NCBI GenBank assembly: GCA_002269645.1
Contig: NIVC01002332.1
Location: forward strand, 33,847 to 97,846
DNA length: 64,000 nt
Direction: 5' to 3'
Source of the DNA: Macrostomum lignano
Lineage: Eukaryota
The position numbers and the translations under genes are program-made. Numbering within the stretch: the first letter of the stretch is position 1; the number at the start of each line of letters is the position of its first letter. Of this stretch, positions 1-11,170 are shown one piece after another. Under the pieces are notes generated by a model that ran no database searches, was not told the origin of the DNA, and was given only the letters and a program-made list of their open reading frames with translations.

Positions 1-778
1 AAGCCGTGGAAACTCCGTGGGCCCGTATCGGACGGGCGCCTATGTGTTAGCATGGGAGAACTCTTGCCCACCGGGAAGCCGCGGAAATTCCGTGGGCCCG
101 AATCAGATGGGCGCCTATGTGTTGGCATGGGAGAACTCTTGCCCACCGGGGAAGCCGTGAAAATTCCGTGGGCCCGAATCAGACGGGCGCCTATGTGTTG
201 GCATGGGAGAACTCTTGCCCACCGGGGAAGCCGTGGAAATTCCGTGGGCCCGAATCAGACGGGCGCCTATGTGTTAGCATGGGAGAACTCTTGCCCGCAG
301 GGAAAGCCGCGGAAATTCCGTGGGCCCGAATCAGATGGGCGTCTATGTGTTAGCATGGGAGAACTCTTGCCCACAGGGAAAGCCGTGGAAATTCCGTGGG
401 CCGGTATCAGACGGGCGCCTATGTGTTAGCATGGGAGAACTCTTGCCCACAGGGAAAGCCGTGGAAATTCCGTGGGCCGGTATCAGACGGGTGCCTATGT
501 GTTAGCATGGGAGAACTCTTGCCCACAGGGAAAGCCGTGGAAATTCCGTGGGCCGGTATCAGACGGGCGCCTATGTGTTAGCATGGGAGAACTCTTGCCC
601 ACAGGGAAAGCCGTGGAAATTCCGTGGGCCGGTATCAGACGGGCGCCTATGTGTTAGCATGGGAGAACTCTTGCCCGCAGGGAAAGCCGTGGAAATTCCG
701 TGGGCCGGTATCAGACGGGCGCCTATGTGTTAGCATGGGAGAACTCTTGCCCGCAGGGAAAGCCACGGAAATACCATG
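1..778. repeat. 76-bp tandem repeat, about 10 copies, truncated by the window edge
   Basis: Unit AAGCCGTGGAAATTCCGTGGGCCGGTATCAGACGGGCGCCTATGTGTTAGCATGGGAGAACTCTTGCCCACAGGGA. ORF-track starts recur every 76 nt (320, 396, 472, 548, 624). Confidence 0.95.
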
Positions 779-859
779 GGCCCTCCTAGTGAGAGTACAT
801 AGGCCTTTGGGTTCCTTTCAGCGGGCAGAGCAGCTCAGCGCGGTGAGCGTGTGTGTGAG

Positions 860-1075
860 TGCGTGCCTGGGTACAGTATTAACGCGCTTATACATGTACA
901 CACGCTCACACAGGGTGTATAACGGCCCTGACTGTCTAGTCATCAGGAATGTACACTCTCTCTGCCTTGTGGCTTGGCCCTCAATAAATCGAACGTGCAC
1001 ACTAGCCCCAAATGAAAGTGGCGGCACATGGCATCGAACCAAACAAGTCACAGCCCTGAGCTACTAAGTTCTCAC
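860..1075 (-). mobile_element. Diverged copy of interspersed repeat family 2 (probable tRNA-derived SINE)
   Basis: CTCACACAGGGTGTATAACGGCCC..ATGTACACTC..TGCCTTG..TTGGCCCTCAA matches 56960-57050. The minus strand has A-box-like TAGCTCAGGG and B-box-like GGTTCGATGCC. Confidence 0.5.
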
Positions 1076-1611
1076 CCTACAATAAAAAATAATATATTCA
1101 CCGTTAACTACGCTCATAGATGGCCAATAAAAGTCGTATTGAAAGTTTTGAATTCTTTCTATCATTTTTCCTCAGTTGCACGCGATTAAGATCAACCAGG
1201 CTTTTAGATTATGATGAGGCATCGACCTCAAAAGGACACGCGATGTGGCACAGACGCTGGGATGGGAGCGAGTTTTCACCCGGCTGGCGATAGCTATGAT
1301 TATAAAAAGTGTCGATTCCTCATTCTCAAACTACTTTCCCCTCTAGTTCGAACCGACCCCGAGGCGATTAAGGAATTCATCCGCAATTTCTCTGTCTTAT
1401 AGACGGAAATGCATTGAGCCACGAGTTGAAGAAAGAGAAGAAGAAGGGCAGACAGAAAATTATATAGAAATTTCCCTTAGCCTGTAATACACCGCCAGTG
1501 CTAGCATACCAATAGGAAACCGGTGGCGCAAAAACAAGTCAATGAAAGTGAAGTTCACACAGTCACGTCTCACATGGTTTCGTCTTGAAGCTGCGTAAAT
1601 TGAAAGGCTGA

Positions 1612-2570
1612 GTGAAAGGAAGTGGAGCGGAAATGGGGGGGTGGAGAGAAAGGAGAGAGAAGATCGGAGAGAGTGGGGGCGGAGAGGGGGAGCAGAGGGA
1701 GGGGGTGGATACAGAAGGGCGGAAAAAGAGGGAGCGGAAAGGGAGGAGTGGAAAGAAAAGCAACGGTACACAGAAGGGCGGAGGGAGGGGCGGAAAGAGG
1801 AGGAGCAGACAGGGTGCGGAGAGGAGGGGGCGGAGAGATGTGCGGAGAGAGGGGCGGAGAGGAGGGGCGGAGAGAGGGGCGGAGAGGACGGGCGGAGAGG
1901 AGGGGCGAAGAGAGGGGCGGAGAGAGGTGCGGAAAGAGAAGGAGCGGACATAGGGGGCGGAGAGGGGGCGGAAAGAGAAGGAGCGGACAAAAGGGGCGGA
2001 GAGAGGGGCGGAAAGAGGAGTGGACAAAAGGGGCGGAGAGAGGGGCGAAAAGAGGAGGAGCGGACATAGGGGGCGGAGAGGGGGGCGGAAAGAGAAGGAG
2101 CGGACAAAAGGGGCGGAGAGAGGGCGGAAAGAGAAGGAGGGGACATAGGGGGCGGAGAGGGGGCGGAAAGAGGAGGAGCAGACAGGGTGCGGAGAGGAGG
2201 GGGGAGAGAGGGGCGGAGAGAGGTGCGGAAAGAGAAGGAGCGGACATGGGGGGCGGAGAGGGGGCGGAAAGAGAAGGAGCGGACAAAAAGGGCGGAAAGA
2301 GAAGGAGCGGTCATAGGGGGCGGAGAGAGGGGGCGGAGAGAGGGGGCGGAGAGAGGGGGCGGAGAGAAGAGCAGTGGGAGACAGAAGGGCAGAGAGTGGG
2401 CGGGACAGGAGGTTGGGAGAGGAGCGAAGATGGAGGGCGGAGAGGGGAGCGGAAAGAGGAGAAACAGACAAAGAGGGCAGAGCGGATGCAGAGACAGACA
2501 GAGGGCAGAAAAAGGAGAAACGGACCGCAGGAGCAGACAGGGGGTGGAGAGAAGAGGAGAGGGATATGCA
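1612..2570. repeat. Purine-rich degenerate repeat built on GGGGCGGAGAGA/GGGGCGGAAAGAGAAGGAGCGGACA
   Basis: The + strand is almost only G and A, with recurring GGGGCGGA. The overlapping low-complexity ORFs are artefacts. Confidence 0.9.
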
Positions 2571-3069
2571 GGGAAGCCGTGACGGAAACGCAAGAAGAGA
2601 TGATGATAATATAAGAGTAGAGAGCCTAGAGGAAACATCCGTGGAGGAAACAATTAGTTCTAATGAGTGCGTCTTCTTAACCGTTTCATATTAAACAAAA
2701 ACTCAAGCTATTGCAATTTACATGAGCAGCATAAACCAAAGAAATGACAGCAAAAATTATACCGCAACACCGAGTAAAGTAAATACTTAATGTGTTAGAT
2801 AATAAAATCGAAATGCCATCAACACCACGATTGTTATTGATTTTCAATATTGACAGATGCTAGCAATAAATACAAGTAATTGCAGCAGGTTTCATACTTA
2901 ATACTTTTGATTAAACTGCTATACCGATACATATATCTGATATTACCTGCTTGTATGGCGGCGTTAACGTTAGCGGGAGCTTAGAATGTTGGGATAACAA
3001 GTCATAGGCATTATACACAATGATAAAATCAACACAGATACAAGCCAATAAAATATTAATTATGCTTAC

Positions 3070-6000
3070 AGAAGCTTTCAATTCCACGAAACGATCGAGT
3101 CCTAGTTCGCTTTCGAGAGCCGTTCGAAGAGCTGCAGCACAATTTAGTTAGGTAGGTACAAAATTATAAATTAGTGTCTCAATATCCCTGTGTCACTCTC
3201 AATATTCGTGTGTCACTCTCTTTATCCCTGCGTCACTCTCGCTATTCCTGTGTCACTCTCGCTATCCCTGTGTCACTCTCGCTATTCCTGTGTCACTCTC
3301 TTTATCCCTGCGTCACTCTCGCTATTCCTGTGTTACTCTCGCTATTCCTGTGTCACTCTCGCTATTCCTGTGTCACTCTCGCTATTCCTGTGTCACTCTC
3401 GCTATTCCTGTGTCACTCTCCCTATTCCTGTGTTACTCTCGCTATTCCTGTGTCACTCTCGCTATCCCTGTGTCACTCTCGCTATCCCTGTGTCACTCTC
3501 GCTATCCCTGTGTTACTCTCCTTATCCCTGTGTCACTCTCGCTATCCCTGTGTCACTCTCGCTATCCCTGTGTCACTCTCGCTATCCCTGTGTTACTCTC
3601 CTTATCCCTGTGTCACTCTCCCCATTTCTCCGTTACTCTCCCTATTCTTGCGTCACTCTCTTTACCCCTGCGTCACACTCCCTATTCCTGTCGCTATCGC
3701 TATCCCTATGCCACTCTCTCTCTATTCGTGTCACTCTTCCTATCCCCGTATCACTATCAATATTATTGTCACGCTCAATATCCTTCTGTCACTCTCTCTA
3801 TCGCTGTGTCACTCTCTCTATTCCTGTGTCACTCTTCATATCCCTGTGTCATTATCCCTATCAATGCATCACTATCAATATCACTGTCACACTCAGTATT
3901 GCTCCGACAATCTTCACATCCCCTGTCATTCTACATATCACACTTGTAAATCTCCGTGATTTTTAAGTTGTTCCGTCTCTCTTTACCTCTATTAAATCAA
4001 ACGATTGCTAGTACTCTGTCATTCCATAAATCCACGATATCTTTATAACACATTCTCATCATCGCCTACCTAAAAGGCCCTCCAATAATTTCAGCCAAAT
4101 CTGCGATATCTTCGACGCCGCCTCCACCGCCGACTACGCCGTCGCCACGATCTGACGTTGACGAGGCCGCTTGACGACCAAAAATGGAGGAGCCCTGAGC
4201 TCCACTACCAATCATAGTGTCGGGTCCAGACAATGAACTGTGATTAGACGACGAAGTTGTTCGAGATCGATCGGCCCGCTGCCGGCTCCAGCGTCTGCTA
4301 CTAGAAGAGTAGTCGAAACCAGATGGGACGCTTAATTGAGCTCTAAACTCCGATTGAGTTCGATAGCGAACCGCAACGGCTACGCCAGCGTCGGTGGGAG
4401 GCGACAGACTCTGGCCGGGCACCTCGACAAACAGCGGCAGCGGCGACTGATCGGCAGACTGACGCCTGTGCCGATGGTGACCGCCGCTATGCTGCTGCTG
4501 GTGGTAGTGCTGGTATTGAGGATTTCTCGTCGACAATGAGCCAGCAACAGCTGCAGCGGTCGCTGATGATTCCAAACTGTTTCCAATCTGCGAGCACAGA
4601 ATTATAAAACACCGATATCAATTTCGATGTTTTTTTACTTAAAATCTGTTTTTTTGCTTGCTTTTCAAAGAAGATGTCCACCAATCGGAACGCCCACTTT
4701 CTCCAAAGTTACGAAAACGTAAATTCCTGGAAATCTCCACATCCTCGAAAGTCACTTTCAGTAATCAAAAACGTCACTTCCTGGCAACCTCCAAATCTTC
4801 GAAAACGTCACTTCCTGGAAACCCCCAAATCTTCGAAAACGTCACCTCCTGGCAACCTCCAAATCTTCGAAAACGTCACTTCCTGGAAACCTACAAATCT
4901 TCGAAAAAGTCACTTCCTGGAAACCTCCAAATCTTCGAAAAAGTCACTTCCTGGAAACATCCAAATCTTCGAAAATGTCACTTCCTGGAAACCTCCAAAT
5001 CTTCGAAAAAAGGCACTTCCTGGTAACCTCAAAATCCTCGAAAACGTCACTTCCTGAAAACCTCTAAATCTTCGAAAACGTCACTTCCTGGAAGCCTTCA
5101 CATCCTCGAAAAAGTTACTTTCTGGGAAACCTCCACATCATTTTAAGATGCCACTTTCGAGAAAGTTTAAATTAAGGATTCACGCCTAAAGATTTGATAC
5201 AAAGCATTAACAGGATTTTAGTAACTATATAAACCCAGATTTAAAAAATCTTATTTATATGAAAACATGCAAATGCATTAATCAAATTCAAAGGTCAAGA
5301 CTTGTCCGAGAACCTTCCTGGCAGTGCCTTATCATTCTGGTGAAACCGTAGAGAACACAGTTATATATTGTAAATTAGCCAAGTTACTAGCACATAACAG
5401 CTTGCAGATTGACGTCATTCAAAAGGAGACGAATGCAAGTTGTCTCGAAGAACCTTTTAAAACAGAAAAAGCCACCCCTCTCTACTATCAGGCAAGCAGA
5501 CAGACAGATTTCATGCGATAGCGGATCGCTTTCAAACACGATCTCTTTATCAGCGAGTATAGCTAAATAGAATTTAGACGAATAGCCGCAAGAAGAAACT
5601 GAGGTCTTATTGATGACGTCCACGAACCAATAGACTTTTGCATTAGTATAGTATCAGTAAGTGCACAAACACGAAAAAGTAAAATAATTAGGAAATATGA
5701 AATTAAAAAAAAATTTGTCCGTACGTTTGAGTTTTGAGAATTCTGCAAGGTCAGTTTAATGATGTGTGAGATTTGCAAGGTCAGTTTGAGGATCTCTTCG
5801 GATCTGTAAGTCTTCTCAATGTCAGTTCGATGATCTGGGAAGTCTTCAAGGTCAGTTTAAGGATGTGGGAGGTTTGAAAGGTCAGTTTGGGGATCTGCAC
5901 GTGGGTCTTCAAGATCAGTTTAATGATTTGGAAAGTCTTCAAGGTCAGTTTAAGGATGTGGGAGGTTTGCAAGGTCAGTTTGGGGATCTGGGGGTCTTCA

Positions 6001-6534
6001 AGGTCAGTTAGATGATCTGGGAGGTCTGCAAGGTCAGTTTGGGGATCTGAGAAGCCCACGTATATGCAGACTTTGAAACCAACTCATAGTTATCAGACAA
6101 ATCAGCAAAAGCACACTCACGCTGCCAGCAATTTCATCCTGATTAACAACGCTGCAGACTGCCGAACGGCTAAATTCGTCGTTGTCATCAACGAACTCGC
6201 TGCCGCAGATGGCAGTGGAGGCACCTTCGCAACAGGCGCTGCTGGCATCGTCGTCGTTGTCCAGTTGATCGGCGTCTGCAGCGGCCGAGGCGCAATTTTC
6301 GCCATAGACGCCGTCAAGCGAGATGCTGGCCAAAAAGTTCAAAGCGGCCGCGCGTTTGCGCGCTTTCAGACGCGCCGCGGCGCGCAAACGCTTCGACGAT
6401 AGTCGAGCCGGATTCGACGGGGAATCGGCGGCGTTTGTGGCTGACGCAGTATTCGACGTTGCCGAAGCATCGGTGTTGTTGCTAAGCGGCAAGTTCGGAG
6501 GGCGAGGCGACCGTCTGGTCTGGGGTGGCTGCAA
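3070..6534 (-). CDS. CABLES: CABLES-like (Cdk5 and Abl enzyme substrate) gene, 5' exons; the gene probably continues leftwards
   Basis: Exon 6534-6121 (phase 0 to 0) encodes RKRAAALNFLASISLDG, matching the CABLES N-terminal motif (RRRQAALxFLxNISLDG). Exon 4587-4070 and probable exon 3131-3070 join in phase with canonical sites. The C-terminal cyclin box is not seen and the start codon is unresolved. Confidence 0.6.
3172..3950. repeat. 20-bp minisatellite TGTCACTCTCGCTATCCCTG (intronic)
   Basis: Direct tandem copies that decay at both ends. Confidence 0.95.
4695..5140. repeat. 34-bp minisatellite CTTCCTGGAAACCTCCAAATCTTCGAAAACGTCA (intronic)
   Basis: About 12 tandem copies; the translation repeats every 34 aa (3 units). 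Confidence 0.9.
5745..6050. repeat. About 30-bp degenerate minisatellite with core CAAGGTCAGTT (intronic)
   Basis: AAGGTCAGTT recurs about every 30 nt. Confidence 0.85.
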
Positions 6535-6632
6535 CTGAGTTTGGACAAGATGCAATGTCTAATATTAATCATTTATATGCTGAGATTCTGTTTTACAGCT
6601 CACGGCGATTGTCCAAGGGAGACTCTCTGAGA

Positions 6633-7687
6633 AGCTTGGGGTTTGTGTAGCTTGGAGTTTGTGTAGCTTGGAGTTTATGTAGCTTGGGGTTTGTGTAGCT
6701 TGGAATTTGTGTAGCTTGGAGTTTGTGTAGCTTGGAATTTGTGTAGCTTGGAGTTTGTGTAGCTTGGAGTTTATGTAGCTTGGGGTTTGTGTAGCTTGGG
6801 GTTTGTGTAGCTTGGGGTTTGTGTAGCTTGGGGTTTGTGTAGCTTGGAGTTTATGTAGCTTGGAATTTGTGTAGCTTGGAGTTTGCGTAGCTTGGGGTTT
6901 GTGTAGCTTGGAGTTTATGTAGCTTGGGGTTTGTGTAGCTTGGGGTTTGTGTAGCTTGGGGTTTGTGTAGCTTGGAGTTTATGTAGCTTGGAATTTGTGT
7001 AGCTTGGAGTTTGTGTAGCTTGGGGTTTGTGTAGCTTGGAGTTTGTGTAGCCTGGAGTTTATGTAGCTTGGGGTTTGTGTAGCTTGGGGTTTTTGTAGCT
7101 TGGGGTTTTTGTAGCTTGGGGTTTGTGTAGCTTGGAGTTTGTGTAGCTTGGAGTTTTTGTAGCTTGGGGTTTGTGTAGCTTGGAGTTTGTGTAGCTTGGG
7201 GTTTGTGTAGCTTGGGGTTTGTGTAGCTTGGGGTTTGTGTAGCTTGGAGTTTGTGTAGCTTGGGGTTTGTGTAGCTTGGGGTTTGTGTAGCTTGGGGGTT
7301 TGTGTAGCTTGGGGGTTTGTGTAGCTTGGAGTTTGTGTAGCTTGGGGTTTGTGTAGCTTGGGGTTTGTGTAGCTTGGGGTTTGTGTAGCTTGGAGTTTGT
7401 GTAGCTTGGAGTTTGTGTAGCTCGGGCCCTCGGGTTTGTGTAGCTTGGGGTTTTTGTAGCTTGGAGTTTGTGTAGCTTGGGGTTTGTGTAGCTTGGAGTT
7501 TGTGTAGCTTGGTGTATGTGTAGCTTGGAGTTTGTGTAGCTTGGGGTTTGTGTAGCTTGGGGTTTGTGTAGCTTGGAGTTTGTGTAGCTTGGGGTTTGTG
7601 TAGCTTGGAGTTTGTGTAGCTTGGGGTTTGTGTAGCTTGGGGTTTGTGTAGCTCGGGCCCTCGGGGTTTGTGTAGCTTGGAGTTTGT
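6633..7687. repeat. 17-bp minisatellite TGTGTAGCTTGG(G/A)GTT between TRMT11 and CABLES
   Basis: About 60 tandem copies. ORF 6979-7749 is its translation. Confidence 0.97.
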
Positions 7688-7954
7688 GAAAACTGATTGT
7701 TCAGGAGTGATACTGAGACAAAAAGTAATTGCTGATGTATTTCATACATTGTATATTTGTTTTAATTTAAAGCAAGCATTAAATGCAGCACATTGTGTAG
7801 ATAAAAGAGCAGTCAGAAGAAGTAACAAGACGTAAGTTTTCACCAAAATAATCCCAAGTTTTGAATTTATAGGCGCATAGTTTAGATAATCAAAAAACAC
7901 ACTGTTGAAAAATGCCGACACTCTACTGATATCAGTAGTAGAGCTCATCTTTTA

Positions 7955-10900
7955 CTACTTTTTACGGCTATAGTGGCTAGATCTTAGCTGGTGATGATCG
8001 TGATTAACAATTGTAGCGCCATTACTAGCCATAGCAACTAGTTCAGGCGTATCGATCATAGGAAGCCGTTGAACACAGACCATCACTCTGGCTGTACGAT
8101 GCGTCATGGGCAGTTCAACAGAGGCAATTAGCTGCAAACATGGATGCACTGGTAGACTGTCGGCGCCTTTGTACTCGGATTGGATCACTGGGAACCAGTA
8201 CACGCATCTGTAAATATGTATATGGTTACATATTAGACGGTTGAGAATATAATTCAAGGCAGAGTCATTCACTATTCTACTTACGATACTCACGGCCATC
8301 GATATCTAGAAACACACGATCACACAAGGTTGTCTACAGTGCATTGATTTTCATCGTCAGCAATGTTCACAATTGTAAATCGTGTGAGTTGTGCGATCAG
8401 ATCTGGTGCAAGGACCACTGTAGCATAACAGGACGTAAAACTCAAAAGATTGTGTAATTTTCTGGAGGTCTTTTTCCTGGAATGGAACACTCTGCAGGGA
8501 TAGGAAGAACTAATTTTCATCGCGAAATTAATGATTAAATTTGATCTGGGACAGTGAAGATGACCATTGTTTTAATGTAGCATGAACATGATGTTACTCT
8601 GTGCTGTGCTGTGTTGTGCTATATATTTGTATAGTGAAAGTTTAATTTTCATATTGTTTTCTAGCTATATTAAATTCTAAATCTGCCTTAAAAGTTAATA
8701 AATATGTATTGAAATGGAATTATACCTACAATATTGGCTTAAGAGTACCAGCATGCGATATTTTATTACAGATATTTACTCAGAAACATTGAAAAGTCAC
8801 CACTCTATGCGCCAGTGAGCACTTTCTCTTGGACTATTCTAAAATAAAAGGGTTAGCTTTAATCCGTCCAACCCTCGCACACCGCTCCCCCCTTTTCATT
8901 CGTCAACTCAAGTCTGCTAAATAGAGCTAAGTTGCGTCACTAGAAAATATTGTGACGACCTGCACTCTCAAAAGTGACGAACCACAGACGGAATCTTCTG
9001 TGATAGCGACTTTTCAGCGTTGCTGAGTATTCTTGTTAAAGAAGGAACAAAAAAGGTTCAGCTAAGGCCATTTGTGAGTATTTAAAACTTTGGGCTTATT
9101 AAGTAAAATATAACAATATAAAATTAAACTTTCTGTATCCGCAGGGTATATTTTTTCCAGGAAATTGGCCTCCAATAAAATTACACGATCTTAAAGTTTT
9201 CACATCCTGTTATACTACAGTGTTCCTTGATTTGATGGCGATGTAAACCAGCGGTGTTCCCCAAGATTATTTAGATTATCAAAGTAGTTAGAAGACTAAA
9301 ACCTACCGACCACCAGGTACAAGCCTCATCGCGCAGAATCCCAACAGATCCGATACGCTATCGCCAAGAGAATAGTGCTCTTTCGGCGGGAAATAGTTCT
9401 CATCCAACTTTTTCGGCCCACCATCCGGATCGCGCTTCACTTTTCGGCTTCGTTCTCGAATACCGTAGGGCGGATCAGTCAGGACAGTGTCGAATAAAGC
9501 GCTATGCCGCCACAGACCAACGTGCTGGCTGGCGTCGCCAACTAAGCAATCAACAAATCGATTAGAAATACCGTACTGAGCAAAATTAGCCGACAAGCGT
9601 TCGTCCTCCGTACGCTTCTGGCGGCGCATTTCGGCTTTAGTAGATTTGCCCAATCCGAATACGATATTATAATCCACATCTTGGCCTAAACAGTAGGCGC
9701 CTAAATAGCCAGCGGATACTAAGATACTACCGGAGCCAACAAACGGATCAACAACTAGCTGTCCAGGCGACACTCTAGCCAAGTTGCACATGATGAAAGC
9801 TAACTGAACGTTCATTGACGTATTGCCGATAAATATCCGGCGGGATAGGGACAGGTTGTGCAGTGCCGCTCGGGACTGGCCGGAGCAGAGCTTTGGAGCG
9901 AGATAGACTCTGACCGGAGTCTGCGGGTGTCAGACCGGTGGGTAGGATGAAGCATGCAGTGAAGTATTGAATTTTTTTATTTTGCGATGTGTTGTCAATT
10001 CTCAATAGTATGCCCCTACTTACGTTGCAGTTAAAGGTTGTTTTTCAGCAGATTTAGCGCAAATATACTACTGACACTATACTACTGAGTGTAATACAAA
10101 CGCTATCCCACAGATACTAAAATAACTGGATGGGCCACTCAGGCATATACTTAGTAAAACAGCTTTCTACTTTCAGTTCAGTAGCAAAGAAGAATATGTC
10201 AACAGCTATTTTATAAAAATAAAGGCAGTTGAAACGATTTGGTAAGTTTAGAAGCCCAAGCTGGCAGGCGTAAACAACTTGCTAATTGGCTCAGCAATCA
10301 TGTACGAGTACGAGTAAATTAGCCAGTCCACTGAAATCTTTGCTACGAGAATAGATGCTAGATAGGGTGTAACAACTTCTGATCGTCTTAGAGACAGAAC
10401 GAGAGCTGAGTGCGATTTGTTTCGATCGGCTTTCCAAGTAACTCATTGTAGGTACTACTAACCTTGTCAGTGACAGCTCCGGCTGTCAAGTCGTAGCGCC
10501 AATGCTCCAAATAATAGAGCTCAAATTCCGGCTTTTTTAAATCCACTTGACCAGGCATATCTAGGCCAGCCTCGCCAAACTGATCAACAATGCCAACCTT
10601 GAAGTCCATAGCTGCTGATACGTTAACCAATTCTATACACATTCTCCATCTAGTCCAGGCGCCATTGTCAAAGCCTGACGAAGCTTCCGCTAGATAAGGC
10701 GCCAGTTCTCCATTAGTCACGTGATTAAGCATGGTCAACAAGCAGCTAGTCGATTGCCACACTCGCAGTAACGATTTAATCAATGCGCTTCGTTTAACAA
10801 CTTGGCGTAATTTGATTTCGTCTTCGCACAGTATGCACACAACCGAACGAGATCGCCACCAAGTTGAGCATAATTGTAATTTATTGTTGCCAATCGAGGC

Positions 10901-11170
10901 TTCTGCTGCAACGCCGGTCCAATCGTGAACGCCGGCGTTTGTTGGCGTATCGCTAAAGAGTTCATCCGACCAAATTGGCTGCTGCTGGCTATAATTGGCT
11001 ATTAATTGTCGTTCGCGATCGATTCCGGTGAAAACTACGCCAAATCGACAATCGAATAGTCCGGCTAGAGAGACGAATTCGGCGAAACGAAATTGAGCAT
11101 ACTCGCACGAAGCGTATAGCAGGATGTACTCTCTGGCCTCGGTAGTAGTCGGGCTTGTAATAGTCTCCAT
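7955..11170 (-). CDS. TRMT11: tRNA (guanine(10)-N2)-methyltransferase TRMT11, 3 exons, 524 aa
   Basis: Exons 11170-10463, 9920-9307 and 8207-7955, with phases consistent. Motifs FIGNTSM, VVDPFVGSGS, TDPPYGIRE, GGRCVYWFPV and HPCLQL match TRMT11. Confidence 0.95.
8777..9029. mobile_element. Short Tc1-family MITE (253 bp)
   Basis: Left end TACTCAGAAACATTGAAAAGTC; right end reverse-complements to TACTCAGCAACGCTGAAAAGTC. The TIR resembles those at 15867 and 50758. Confidence 0.6.
10109..10330 (+). mobile_element. Truncated copy of the CACAG-ended MITE in TRMT11 intron 1
   Basis: CACAGATACTAAAATAACTGGATGGGCCAC...GCCAGTCCACTGAAAT aligns to 55941-56158. Confidence 0.85.

Noticed and set aside
1-778. 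CRISPR array or hammerhead-ribozyme satellite
   Set aside because: Units are contiguous with no unique spacers, the context is eukaryotic, and neither strand has a CUGAUGA/GAAA core.
1460-3966. Pro/Leu/Ser-rich and Cys/His-rich ORFs
   Set aside because: Products of the GA-rich tract and the 20-bp satellite; no real domain.
8320-8520. Extra TRMT11 exon
   Set aside because: Exon 2 (ends 9307) joins 8207 in phase and restores GGRCVYW; this segment shows no TRMT11 similarity.
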